From Reclinomonas americana ATCC 50394 (taxonomy: Eukaryota), in assembly GCA_048213135.1 (NCBI GenBank), contig PS015054.1, forward strand, positions 257,812-321,811: 64,000 nucleotides of DNA, written 5' to 3'. The translations under genes were made by a program, and so were the position numbers. Every line of letters begins with the position of its first letter. The stretch's first letter is position 1. Shown one piece after another: positions 35,810-49,036 of this stretch. Below the pieces are notes generated by a model that searched no databases, had not been told where the DNA came from, and was given only the letters and a program-made list of their open reading frames with translations.

Positions 35810-38800
35810 TTACTTGTGGATGCCAAGCTGTGCGTAGGTGGTCGCAGAGTGAGCCGCACTGCAGTTGGAGAGACAGGAGACAATGTGCAATCACCTCTTG
35901 GAGCACAGCCTCCAGCTGCGGTACTTGTGCCGGATGCAGCACGTGCTCCCGCAACACATCCATGGCCGACACGAATCGCGACACAAGCTCGGTGCTGGCG
36001 GTGGACAAGCTCGACGCAGAGGATGCCGGCTCAGCATCCCGTGGTGGCTGTACGCAGACAAACGTGAGCGTCGGCCATTGTGTTTTCATCACGATGGAGC
36101 ACTGTGCGTAACTTGACTGCGTGCCTGTCGCTGCAACCGGAAGCGCAGCTCCTCGTTCTCGGCAGTCGACTGCTGCGCTCGAGCCTTCCACTCGTCGCGC
36201 TCCGTCGACAAGACGCGCAGCTGCGCCTGGTGCTCCTCCATGGCCGCCTCCAAACGATGACACCGATTGATGGCTTCGTTGATGTCCTGCTGCGCCTCGC
36301 CTTGCACGCGCTGCAGCTCGCTCTCCAGCAGTTGGGCATGTTGAGTCGCCGCACGGAGGTCCTTCATTATCTCCCTGTGCGTAGCACATACACACAGAGT
36401 GAGTGCCAGATGTAGAGTCAATACACGATACGGCGCCGCAACTGCTGCTTCCGTGCCGCCTTGGTGGCCTTGGCGACTGCTTGCTGTGACTTGCGCTCTT
36501 CGGCCTTGGCACGGTTCTCCAGTTGCTCCATTTGCGATTTGAGGCGCGTCAGAGCCCCGTCCATCACCTGCCGGTACCGACGGTATTCGTCGAGTTCACT
36601 TTGCAGTCTGATTTGTGCACTCAGGCGGTGAGTGACAGCGAGTTCCACAGCAACAACCACAACAACAACAGCGACGAAACTTGGCGATGCGCTTCTGACT
36701 GATTTCGGTATCTGGAGTCGTCGGCAGATCGAACCGCGTCAGTGACACGTCGGTGGGTGTGGCCGATCGTTGCGACAAGTCAATAGCAGAGGCACTTGGC
36801 GTGGCGGCGGTCGACCCGGAGTACGAACGACGGCGAGGAACAGAGTTGGAGGGTCTACCGAGCATCGGAATTGGTGACGGAGCTCCCTGCGGGAAGCCAG
36901 TAGACGCTGCATTGGCGCGCAGTTCCACGCCAGCACCGCGCGGCTTGCCGCCTCGTTGCACATCGGCGGACTGCGCTGGTGGTGATGCTGGGCGCAGCGA
37001 CGGACCTGTCTGCTGTTGATGCTGCTGTTGATGTTGTTGGTGCAACTGTTGCTGCTGTTGTTGTTGCTGTTGCTGCTGCTGTTGTTGTTGTTGCTGGTGG
37101 TGGCGCATCAAATTGTCACGCAAAACGCGAGCCTCACGCTCACGACCCTCCAGGGAGCGACGCAGGTCTTCGACCTACACGCAGACATGAGTCAGACACA
37201 GTGATTGGTGAAGCGCAGGCACGTCGCCAGCCGACTCACCGTGGGCTCGGCGGCGGCGGCGGCGGCGTTGCCGACAGACACCTGGTACACTCCGTGCCCG
37301 TGTGGGTCATAGAATGGCGCAGCACTGCTTGGCCGCGTTGCAGTGGCCGACGGTGCAACTGCTTGTGGCACTGCAGATTGCGGACGCACAATGGCGCCAT
37401 TGTGCAGCGGTGTGCGATACGATGGGACTCCCGGAGCCGCCATGGGTGCAGCTGTTGGTAGGGGTGCCTGAGGCATTTGCATGGGCGCGGAGGAGGTTGC
37501 CGAGCGAGAGGCAGACATGAATGCGGCCGCAGCGGCTTCCGAGGCAGAGGCAGTGACCTGCGTGAGTGATCGATGAAGTCAGCGTTGCCGGCACACATGC
37601 ATCCCGCCGAGTTAGTGGCACGTGCCTGGTTCACAATGTCGTCCACCGACAGACCAGCAAACATGTCATTCGCGACCAATGTGCCGACAGGAGGCGGTTG
37701 TGACGGATGTCCAACGGGAACGCCACGAGCCGGAACACCGTGAGTTTGCATGGACTGTCCAGCTCCTGCGGCAGCAGCAGCAGCGGCGGCGGCGGCAGAA
37801 CGAGCACGAGCTGCATAGCTCGGCTGCGAGGACTGCAGGCCGCTTTCACCACCGAATCCGTTGCTGGCGCGAGCAAAGGTGGCCCACGGAGACTCCTCCG
37901 GCTCAATGTCGTCTGTGCCCGATGAGGATGAGTGAGTGTGTCGGGAACAGAGCAACTTTTAGTTGGGAGTGCGATGTCACACCGTGGGACGAATCGACAG
38001 AGTAGTCGTCTTCGGGTGGTGGTGCCGATTGCGGCCTGCCTGTTGGATGTGTGTGCGACTGCTGCGCTTCCCAACGCGCAAAGTCATCCGAAAACACCGA
38101 TGACGACGACGGCACATACGGTGGCGACGGTCCGTCAAACATGGATCGCAAGCGCACAGCCAGCATGTGCACTCGTGTGGCCAGCGCCAGTGTGGCACAC
38201 CCGGAGATGACCGTATCGCGATATGGATTCACCATGCATAGGAAGGAGCACCAGCGGCGACCGACCAAGCTGTAGATGCGCATGAGAGAGGTCGCCACGA
38301 AAGAGTGGTCCCACACAGGAACGCACCTGTCGCGCAGCAGCAGGGTGATCTTTGACTTGTGGAACGGGGCACTTGGGCGTGCGTTCTCCAAGTCTGTCAG
38401 CACGTGATCCAAGTGCGTCAGCCACAGCATGCTCGCCGAATCCGTGCACTGCGCGTTAGACCACAGATCAGCATCTCTGTGCCAACAAGACGACTGAGAT
38501 CAGGAGGAGTACCTTGTCCGGGGCGCCGAGAACCACCACATACAGTGTGCCGTCTCGCTCGTGACGACTGCAGTGGAGTCATGGTCAGTGTCACCAACAC
38601 ACTCAGGCGTGGGGGACGCACACACACACGAAACCTCTGTGCATTTCGTGATCGAAAGTGCAATCCGATAATGGTGTGCGCTCCGCGTGTGGTGTTCTTC
38701 TTTGCACTGCAACACGAGTGAGGTGATTGAACATGGAGGGCACTGCCGATGCAGGATGTGGGGAACCCACCGCAGGAACTGCGACAGCGCATCTTGCAGT

Positions 38801-39324
38801 CCACTGATGGGTATTCTTGTCGCACCCTCCACCACGATGCCGTCCTGCAGAAGCTGGAGAGTGAGCCAGCCGCGATCAGCAAAGCACAACACAGGAAGGC
38901 GCACACGCACCTGTGCATCGTCACGCAGTCGCATGGCGTTTTTCTTGGACGATGGCGTCGCGCTCGGTCCAGCCGCCGCTGACGACGACGACGAGGGAAC
39001 GAGCAAATCGCGCAACTCGTCACTCGAGCACTGCACACACGACAGCGTCGTGGCGGTCACGTGGACACCCGACGGGTGTCGTCCGGCCTGACCCAAACCT
39101 CCAAACGACAGCACTGTGCGGCGAGCCAAACAGGTGAGCCACTCGTCTCGTCGCAGCCACCCACACACACTCAACTGTCGAACGCATGCTGCACCGCCCG
39201 CAGAAACATGCCCATGTGCTGCGCCGATGCTGCACCCTCCAGCACAAACTTTTTCCCCGACGCCGAGCTGCCCGACAGAACCAAGCAGCTCACACCGCCC
39301 TGTGGCGCGCACTTGTAAGGAGAA

Positions 39325-39368
<44 letters not shown>

Positions 39369-39763
39369 CACACGCGCCACGCACCATCACGGCCTGCTCC
39401 ACCAGCGGTCGCACCTCCGTCTCAAACACCTCCTGCTGCGCAGCGCCGGCCTCGTACACGCGATCCGCAGAAAACCTTTACATCACATCAGACACTCGCG
39501 CGCATTCTCTCTCTCTCACACACACACACACACGTGCGCACACTCAACTGATGCGAAGTAGTGTGAAACTCATCCGTAAACAGGGCCACAGTGCCCGTCT
39601 GCACATTGCTCTGCAGCTCAAACACGGGACGTCGCATCGCGGCACCTGCTCGATCCTCACTGCCACTGGCTGCGTTGCGCATCGCCGCAGTGGAGGAGGA
39701 AGAGGAGGAGTCATCCTCAGGACCGTGCACAGCGCCAATGCGAATGGCCACGCGCAGTGCCAT
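35810..39763 (-). CDS. Divergent kinesin motor-like protein with polyQ linker and C-terminal coiled coil
   Basis: LRVAIRI; FSADRVY..QQEVFETEVRPLV; GSSASGKK; ELRDLL; GIVVEGAT; APFHKSKITLLLRDSL; CMVNP..ATLALATR. Confidence 0.75.
37011..37097 (-). repeat. CAG/CAA trinucleotide repeat encoding polyQ/His
   Basis: TGC/TGT triplets on the + strand translate to HHQQQQ...LHQQHQQQHQQQ on the - strand. Confidence 0.9.
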
Positions 39764-39840
39764 GGCGACGATCGATCAAGTAGTGAGCGCGCGAGCGCGG
39801 CCATGACAAATCAAAACCGACGCGACGCACACACAACACG

Positions 39841-41527
39841 ATGAGCGACGAGGACGACAGCAACGGTTGCGTCTCACTGTCTCTCCCTGTGTGTGCGTGC
39901 GTGTATATGTGCGTTGAGCTCACTGGGGGCCAGCAGCTTCTGAGGAAGAGGAGGAGGACGAGGATGATGAGGATGACGACGACGATGATGATGATGATGA
40001 CGATGATGACGATGAAGACGATGAGGAGGAGGAGGAAGAGGAGGAAGGCGGCGATGACTTGCAAAAGATCTTGTCGAGTTGCGCTGTCGCCAGGTGGAAT
40101 GTCAGTTTGTGTGATCATCTCACGTGCGCTGCGCGTCGCGCAGACTTGCCGCTCGCCTCGCAGCACTTCCGCATCACACTGGAGGTGAAGAACGGCAAGC
40201 TGATCAAGTCGCAGTTGGAGATCTTGGATCCGAGTGAGCTGCGTGCGGTGGCCGCGGCCAAGATCCAACGGGCGTGGCGGCGTCATGCTGCGCGGCGGCG
40301 AGCTCATCGCGAACGGTATGCTTTCTTGTCCCCCTCCCCCCCGTCGCAGCGATCGCCAATTGTCGGAGCTGATCGTGCCACAGGTACCAGTTTGGTCAGC
40401 TGTCGGATGGAGTCACGCAGACGACGCCGCGTCCGGTTGTCGATGCGGGTGACATGCCGCCGCTGTCGCCGCGTGATGTGGCCAGTCGGTATCCGCGACC
40501 GTTGCGTACACGGTCGCCGTCGCCGCCGGCTGGCAACGCAGAGTTGTACCAGCACACCAATTTTCCTGCGTTGCCGCCGCCGTCCATGTCTGGCCGTGCA
40601 CTGCGCAACAGCCGTGATAGTGGCGTGGGCATGAGTCCGCGCAGCAGCGGTGGCGGTGCGGATTTCGGCGATTATGTTCGCGGTGCTGCCAACAGGTGAT
40701 GCGAGTGGCGATTGCTGTCGTAGCGGTGGTGACTCACGTCGTCCCGCGCAGTGATGCTGTGGGTGAGCTCAGCTTTCGTGGTGACCACCGTGATCTCGTC
40801 AACGATGCCATCTCCACTCTACTACACCCATCCTATCGTGCCACTCCGTCGTCCCGTGGAGTCGGCTCGAGGCAGATGTATGGGTCGTCGAGCGCGCCTC
40901 CTCCCGTGGAGAGTGCTCCGTTTGCACCGCCGGTGCTGCCACCAAATCCCACGTACTTTCAGCGGCTGGCTGCGGCAGCGGCTGTCGGCAAGCAAGTGCT
41001 GGAGCGGGGAGCGACACCACGCAGCGACACTGGAACTCCCGTGTCGTCGGGCTACGGTAGTTCACATCGACGAGGCGATCAATCGCGCTTTCCACCGCCA
41101 GCGCCCGCCAACAATCCCGCCAGTCTGTATGCAGCCGCACCGCCACCCTTACAATCCTCCTCGTCGTCGCGGTACAATCCGTCACCAACGCAGCACATCA
41201 TGTCACAGACTGGATTTCGACCACCGGTACGTTGCTGTCGTTGACTCTCTTGCCCCCGGCTTCGAAAAAAGCACTGATGACCGATTGCGCTGACTACCAG
41301 CAGCCACCAGCGCGGGAGCGCGCTTCACCCGCGCTATCCGACGTTCGGGTTGGAGGCATCCGTCAAGGGCGGGGACGTAACGGACAGTTTCCACCAGGTA
41401 CTGTGGCGCACAGGCAGGTTTTTTCCGATTGTTGTCACCAACCCACCAGCGCAACCGTTTGCATGCAGGCGTGGCATTCGACGTGTATAGCGAAGCCGAT
41501 GCCGCACTAGGGTACTCGAGGCAGTGA
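39841..41527 (+). CDS. IQ-motif protein with poly-Asp/Glu N-terminus and Pro/Ser-rich C-terminus
   Basis: AAAKIQRAWRRHAARRR (IQ motif); GAT/GAG repeats at 39942-40040; 3' end inferred through short introns. Confidence 0.65.
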
Positions 41528-41563
41528 ACACGCGCTGAACATTGCTGCTTTCGTGAAACATCC

Positions 41564-44500
41564 TCATGGATACATTTTCGAGCATTGCACCAATACGGCG
41601 AACCATTCGTCAGGGAACGCCACTCGCCCGGTGTGGTCGACGGCAATGCTGAGGTTCGACCTGCTGGCGCCACTGTCACCAGATGACTTTTCGTGTACGT
41701 GAATGGTGAGTACGGAGAACGGGTGCGGCAGCGATGACAGGCCGAGAGTCTCCGAACTGGGTGCTGTACCAATCGTTTCAGTCTTAGGCCGTCACTCCGT
41801 GCACTGATGTTTTATCAGACGTACCGTGCCGCGTGTAGGTGGCGCTGCTCAAGCGCACCAGTCCACGACATGTGGCCTCCAGGTCTGCACGGACGCGGGT
41901 TCGATACAAATCATGACTGGAGGAGCCGCGAATACGATCTGCGTCGGAAGAATGAGAGACAACACTGCGTACATCGTACGCACGCGGCTACGCACGCACA
42001 TGCAGCCTCATCGCGGAAAAAATACAGCACATTGTCGGTGAGGTCCAGCACTGCGCAGATCGGTGGTTGGCGCCAGCAACGACAGCAGTACGCGCACGAC
42101 CGACTCACCAAAGTGTCTTGTGTGCCACGAGGCGAAGCCGAGGTCTGCACGTGCACACACACACACACACACACATACACGGTAAATGGAACAATCAGCA
42201 GGCGCCGGCGTGCGTGTGTGTGTGTGCATGTCACGCACGAGTCGACTTCTTTTCAAGAGGGCCAACAATCAGCAGCTCGTGACTGCTCTCGTTCTCCATC
42301 AGGTGCCGACTTTCGTGTTCCCTGTGCACAATGGCGTGGGTACGAACAGATAGAGCCATGCACGAGCGTGGTCATTGCTCACCGACTGGCACCACGCAGG
42401 CCGCAACAGGAACGCGCAGAGTCGAATGCAACGCTGTTCAGTCGACGTTGCGTATTCTGTTGCATGGTGGCCTGCAGTTGTGCCCAATGCGTCTCCAACT
42501 GTCACAAACAAGTGAGTGACAAGGGGCAACGCCGGGTGCAGTGTGGTGAACGAACAATGGCGGCGGCTTCCTCGTGGCCGTTTCGACGCGCCGTCTCCAG
42601 TACCACCGGCGACAGGATCTTGTCGGCCAACTGCAGTGACGAGAACAATCAGCAGTGGCGTGCAGGAGATAGTGGAGCGCGTGAGAGCACCAAACATTGT
42701 CACGATAGCAGCACATTTGCGCGCCGTGCAGCAACAGGAGATTCACAATTGCCGGGTTACCTGCACGAGGCAACTGCAAGCGTTTTGCAGGTGTGAGAAA
42801 GGAGGAATTGTACGTACCACACATCAACAGTGCGTGCATACGCACCACGGATGCCATCAACGGAGTGCAGTACGCAGAGTTGTCTCGAGGTGATGCTGAC
42901 AAGAGATACGGAGGTGGGCAACAATGCACAGCAATACATGTCGCATGACGAGAGCAATCTCACCAGAGCCGTCGCCGCGGCCGCACACCGGCATGTTGGG
43001 ATTCACTCCCAGTTCAAGCAGAGTCTGGAAGGGGAAACAGGTGAGCACGCACTGGCATATAAGAGATAGTCGCCGACGCGCGCACCTCCACCATATCCGC
43101 CTGTAAGAGGGAGGGAGAGAAGATGAATGCATTCGTCCACACTGCATACGTGCAACACAGACTACTCACTTGCTGTTGCCGAATGGCGATTCCCAGTGGT
43201 GTCCAGTCGGACTCATCACGAATGTGAGTCGACGCACCGTGCGAGAGGAGGAGGCTCACACACTACGCAGAGACAATCGGTCAGCAAACAGCACACATGA
43301 ATCGCCCGACCAGCCAGTCACACACACACACACACATACCCCCTCATGGTTGCCAGTGATGGCAGCAGACAGAGGAAGGCGTCCGCGTGCCCCATCCACA
43401 TGGATCCCGTGCTGAAGGAAGCGTTGCAGCACGTCCGTGTCTCCATTCGACGCAGCCGCTGCGATAGAGACACCCCACAGTGGTGAGGCACAGTCGTCGT
43501 GCACGATGCAGCTCGCCAACTCTTCCCTCCCAACTCCGCACCGTAGAAACACGAGCTCGCCACCACTGTGTCGATCAGACCAGGTACTCCACGCAATAAT
43601 TCGTCCACCACCGCAGCATGCTTGCGCTCGGCGGCCGAATGCAACGCACTGGACGCGATCTCGGTGACTGCCGCGCTCTGCGCACTGTTCAGGTGACCGG
43701 CAGGCCTTTCCTGTGCATGGAGAGTGTGACTCTTTGCTGCCACGCAGAACGAGAGAGAGAGATATGCAGCCGACAAACGCAACGCGATGCAGATCGTCAA
43801 GCAGCTGTTTTACCGCACTGACATCGCCGGCAGCCGCCGCCGCTTTCAGTGCGTCGCGCCAGACTGGCTGCACACCGGCAACAGTGACCACCTTGTCGCT
43901 CGACTGCAAGCGTGAACTGGACAAACACACAAGCACAGAGGTCAGTGCGTTGCACACCGCAACGCTGTCGACGACGTGCACCACGCAACAGCGCCTGGTC
44001 GACGGATTCCGAGTCGCTTGCCGACAAGGACCCTCCACCGACGCCGGTGGTGCCAATGGTGAACAGCATCGACGACGACATCTCATCGCTGCGGCTCTTG
44101 GTGTGTACGCTGGCGATGCGTCGTCTCTCCGCCACTGGTTCGAGTGCCTCCGCAAATGATGGGCCGTACACGACACGGGCTTCGGGGATCGCCGACGGCA
44201 CCGGCGGAATGGCGTCGTACCGGTGCTCCTCGCTGGCGGCGACCGGGAGCGCCGACACAGCAGCGTACGACGAGATAATCGAGTTGAGTTCCTGCCGACC
44301 GAGGGCGTACGGGGAGCTGCTGCTGGTGTGCGAGATGCCGCCGTCCGCCGCATCCCCCTCGTCATCGTCGCCATCGTCGTCTCGATCGTCGTCCGTTGTG
44401 GCAGTCTCTATTTTCTGACCGCGTACACTGGGTGGTGCTAGCAGCGGTGGCGACGACACGATGGTGTGAGTCGACGACGCCGAGCAGACACTCAGGCCCG

Positions 44501-44958
44501 GCAACTGGATGGCGCCCTGCCGCCAGCTGCTGCTGCCGCCAACCAATTGCATCGTGCTGCTGGCACCGGCACTGCTGCTGCTGTCTATGGTAGTCGCCGT
44601 GGCAGAGCTGGCGACAGCAGCGGTCACAACTGTGGAGGAGGCCATCACCGGCACCACCGCAGTGGGCGGAGATTCCGTGTGCGACAACAATGCTCGATCG
44701 CGAGTGGGTGTGCCAGTATCTAGATCTCACAGCGATCAGCGAGACCCTTGGATGTTGCCATTGTCTGAGTATGTGTGTATGTATGTGCACGCAACTCAGA
44801 GTGGCGATGGAGGGCACAGAGGCAAATGCGTGACTGCCGGCCGCGGCACTGTCATGTTCGACGGTATCTCGGAGGCGATTCAGCAGCGGAGTGACAGTGG
44901 CACGCCATTCTTCGAGGTCGGCGACCCGATGCCGCAGCATCTGCAGTTCATCGGTCAT
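41564..44958 (-). CDS. Ankyrin-repeat protein with C-terminal PH domain
   Basis: ANK motifs SALHSAAERKHAAVVDELL, AAASNGDTDVLQRFLQHG, PLSAAITGNH..LLLSHGA, WTPLGIAI..LLELGVNPN. PH-like GPLEKKSTHLGFASWHTRHFVLDLTDNVLYFF...DEWFAVL. Confidence 0.8.
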
Positions 44959-45359
44959 GTCTACCAGCAGCTGCGGCTTACCGCTGCGCGGTCCGAGAGC
45001 GATGGGGAAGATTCGCTGCGTCCTGCGAGATGCAAGTATCGAAGGCGATCTCTGGTGCGCGCGGTCGGTAGGCGCAGCAAGAACTGTCCCCGACATCGCA
45101 CAATTGCGCCTGGCATTCACGGCCAGGCAAGTGGCTGCCTCTCGACGTCGACGTCGACATCATGAGAAATCACAAAATCCTCGGCCATTTCTGACTGCGC
45201 AACGCACCAAGATGCTACCTGCGTGCATCGCAAGCGCAGTTGCAGTGCACCTTGGCATGCATGCATGCGTGTGATTTTGTCCTGTGACCACGCGACCGTT
45301 GCGACGATTTCCATCATTCGTGGAGAAATCACACTTGCACCACTCCACACGTACACACC

Positions 45360-48300
45360 ATGTCGCGCAGCGTGCCCACCTGCCGCTCGGCCGTGACCCG
45401 ACTCTTCGCCTTTTGTTGTTTTCTGATCGCCATCGGTAATGCGCTGGTGTCTCACTCACTTGTACATACCTGTTGCTGAACGAGTGTGTTCTCTCACAGG
45501 CCTGCTGATTAACGATGCCTCGGCTAATCTGGCCAACTTCACGCGATCTCTGAGCATGAGCAACAGCAGTGGCACATACCCATTCATGCGCGCAGAGTAC
45601 CCTGGCACCCAGACCATCACACTCAATTCCACCAACAACATTTTCCAGTTCCTCACCAGCGATACTGTCACTCTTCAGTATGGCGTCAACTCGTGCGGAG
45701 GAGCGTCGAATATCGCCACCTCGAGCCCGACAGGCGGCGGTTCTTCACTGACTGTCACTCTGCCGACCAACCTTGCCGCCGGCTTCTACTCCGTGTGGTG
45801 CGACAGCTCATCACTCTCCCCCCTCCTCTCTCTCTGCTGGAAAGGTGGTCTCACTCCCCTCCCACCATGACACGCAGCTGGAACGGCAACAATACCGTGG
45901 GATCTGGACCGCTGTGGATCAGTGAGTGACCATCCCATGCGAGTTCGTCTGGACGCACAACTCTTTTTTTGACACACACTCGGCACAGATGCCACCACGC
46001 AGAGCTTCACCATCTCTCCGGCCACCATCATTGCCGAGACAGGAACGAACTCCATGACGATCACGGGAGAGGGTCTGACGATCAATGACCAGATCTTGCT
46101 GGAGCTCGGCACCACGTGCAGCTTCAGCTCGTCTACCGCGCGCCGTGTGACCATGGATCCGGGCGCGTACGTGCAAAAGACCATTGGTGGCAGCAACGGC
46201 GCCCGCACTCTTGTCGGCTACATGCCCATCGACCTGGCAGCCGGCACCTATGCCGTGTGGTGAGCGAAATCAATCAAAAACGAATAGACGCACTCGGGGT
46301 TCAGATGCTAAATACGTCTCGCACAGCGTCGAGTACGCCAACAATGACCCTACTCCGTCGTGGAAGATCTTGCAGGTTGAAAGTCTGGCTCTCTACACTG
46401 TCGGTAAGAGAGAGCTTCGCCCCTCCAGTGGGCATCTGTTCTACATTTCTCAAATCCTTCCCAGTGCCCGACTTTGCCGGATTCTCGCCGACGAGTCGCA
46501 CAGTGGGTCAATCCATCACTGTGACCGGTCATGGGTTAACCATCAATGATATCGTCAACGTGGAGGCCGGTACGACATGTACGGCCGCCGGTGCCGGCAC
46601 GGCGTTAACCATTAGTACCATCAGAGGTGGCGCAGCGGGAGCCCGAGAGATCTACGGTCTCATCCCCAACTCGGTGGCCTCGGGTACCTACTCTGTCTGG
46701 TACGTGCAGCATTCCGTAGAACTACACACCTGCGCACTCTGTGACTCATGTGTATGCATGTGTACTGTGAGAATAGTATCAAATACGTCACGGCGTCCAC
46801 ATTTGTCAAGGTCGGCACCAGCCAGCTGCTCGTCACTGCAGGTGAGAAGCAAAGGTCGCTGCAGCTCCGTCTTGTTTAATCCATGCACACACACAATATC
46901 GTTGCAGCACCGGCACCGAGTCCGTCGGTGATCTCCGTCAAGGCTGGCGTGACGTCGCAGACTGTGGTGCTTACCACGATTGGCACAACGGTGTACACGT
47001 CGACATCGGCGCCGGCCACCACGTTCAGTCTGTTTGCCGAGTCCACGTGTACGGGAACGTCAACAACTACGTTGACCACAGCCACACTGGGAGCGGCAAA
47101 CGCGCTGACGCTGGTACTGAACACGAGTGCGGAAACAGCGGCTATTATTCGCTGGTTGTGCTTTGATGCCGACGGAGCCAGCACCTCTGCGTCCAACGTC
47201 GTCATCATGCCCATTCGCATCTGTTTCGTGCAACTTGTTGTATGTACTTGCTCCTCTTAATCCCTGTTACGTCACTCATGGCTCTTTTGATGGCACGCAG
47301 TCACGGCGACAAGCCTTGAACCGGCAACAATGACGCAGGGTCGCGCGACAACCTACCTCACCATGACCGGCACCAACTTCCTTGTGCCCAACGGAGGCGC
47401 CACGACGGGAACCAATCCGGCGTCGCCAGCCACTCCCGATGCGCCCTTCTTCCTGTCGCTGTCGGCAACATGTGCCACGGAGGACTACCTCGCCAATGCC
47501 AATTTTGCGCTCTACAAGACGTCATCGCTGGGTGAACACCTCATTTTCAGTGTCACTACGGCCACCGTTACGGCTGGCGCTTGCACAATGGCAGTGTCGC
47601 AGACGTACAATGTTTGTGGACGGTGCGAAACTCTCTCCGCCTCTTCTGTGTCTTTGGTGTGGAAAGAGAGACTCACCGCAGTGGCGCACAGATTCCAGGA
47701 TGGCACGTTTGTCACAATGGGTCCCACATTCACCGTGGTCAATCCACCGCTGCCGCTAGTGGCCTCCATGACGCCGATTGCCTTGTCACTTGGTGTGGCC
47801 ACGCAGTTGACGCTCATGGCAAGCAATCACGCCTTCACCAGCTGCTCCCGCTTCAAGCTCGTCGACTATGGTTCCGATTGTGCCACGGCCGCCAACTCTG
47901 GTGCGCGCGTGCTGTCACACCGCCCTTTTTTGCATTCTTTCTTCGCTCGTGCATTGCTCACCGGCAACTCTCCCAACCACAGCGGCCTTGTCGGTGACCT
48001 CGTACACTGCTGGCATTCTCGACGCATCGTCGTGCTTCGCCGAGTCTTCCGGGTGCGCAGTCTACACGATTTCAGTCACGGCTTCCACCGCAGCCAGCAC
48101 GCAGCTATGCGTGGCCACGACTCCAACAGACACATACACGTCTGTGGACGGCGAACTGATTACGGCCGGTGTCATGGTGCAGACTTCCAGTGTCGCCAGC
48201 TACTCGACGCCCACTGTTGCGTATTCTCTCCCTCCCCCCTCATCGATCTGGTTGATATCCCTCTATCATACACTCACCATGAAAAATCCCGCAGTTGGCG

Positions 48301-48956
48301 TCTGGCAGCGGCAGCCGCTCGGTCGATATTACGCACACTTTCCCGTTGGCGTTCCCCAGCATCCCGCGAGTGCTCTTCGGCGTCACACAGATGACCAACG
48401 GATCGCAGAGCGACACCAGGTTCCACTGCTCTCAGCCATCCATCACGGCAGCATCGTTGACCGTGCGCTGCACGACACTCGGAACCTCGCTGATCAGCAC
48501 ACTGACCACCAGTTCCGTGTGTGTGNNNNNNNNNNNNNNNNNNNNNNNNNNNNNNNNNNNNNNNNNNNNNNNNNNNNNNNNNNNNNNNNNNNNNNNNNNN
48601 NNNNNNNNNNNNNNNNNNNNNNNNNNNNNNNNNNNNNNNNNNNNNNNNNNNNNNNNNNNNNNNNNNNNNNNNNNNNNNNNNNNNNNNNNNNNNNNNNNNN
48701 NNNNNNNNNNNNNNNNNNNNNNNNNNNNNNNNNNNNNNNNNNNNNNNNNNNNNNNNNNNNNNNNNNNNNNNNNNNNNNNNNNNNNNNNNNNNNNNNNNNN
48801 NNNNNNNNNNNNNNNNNNNNNNNNNNNNNNNNNNNNNNNNNNNNNNNNNNNNNNNNNNNNNNNNNNNNNNNNNNNNNNNNNNNNNNNNNNNNNNNNNNNN
48901 NNNNNNNNNNNNNNNNNNNNNNNNNNNNNNNNNNNNNNNNNNNNNNNNNNNNNNNN

Positions 48957-49036
<80 letters not shown>

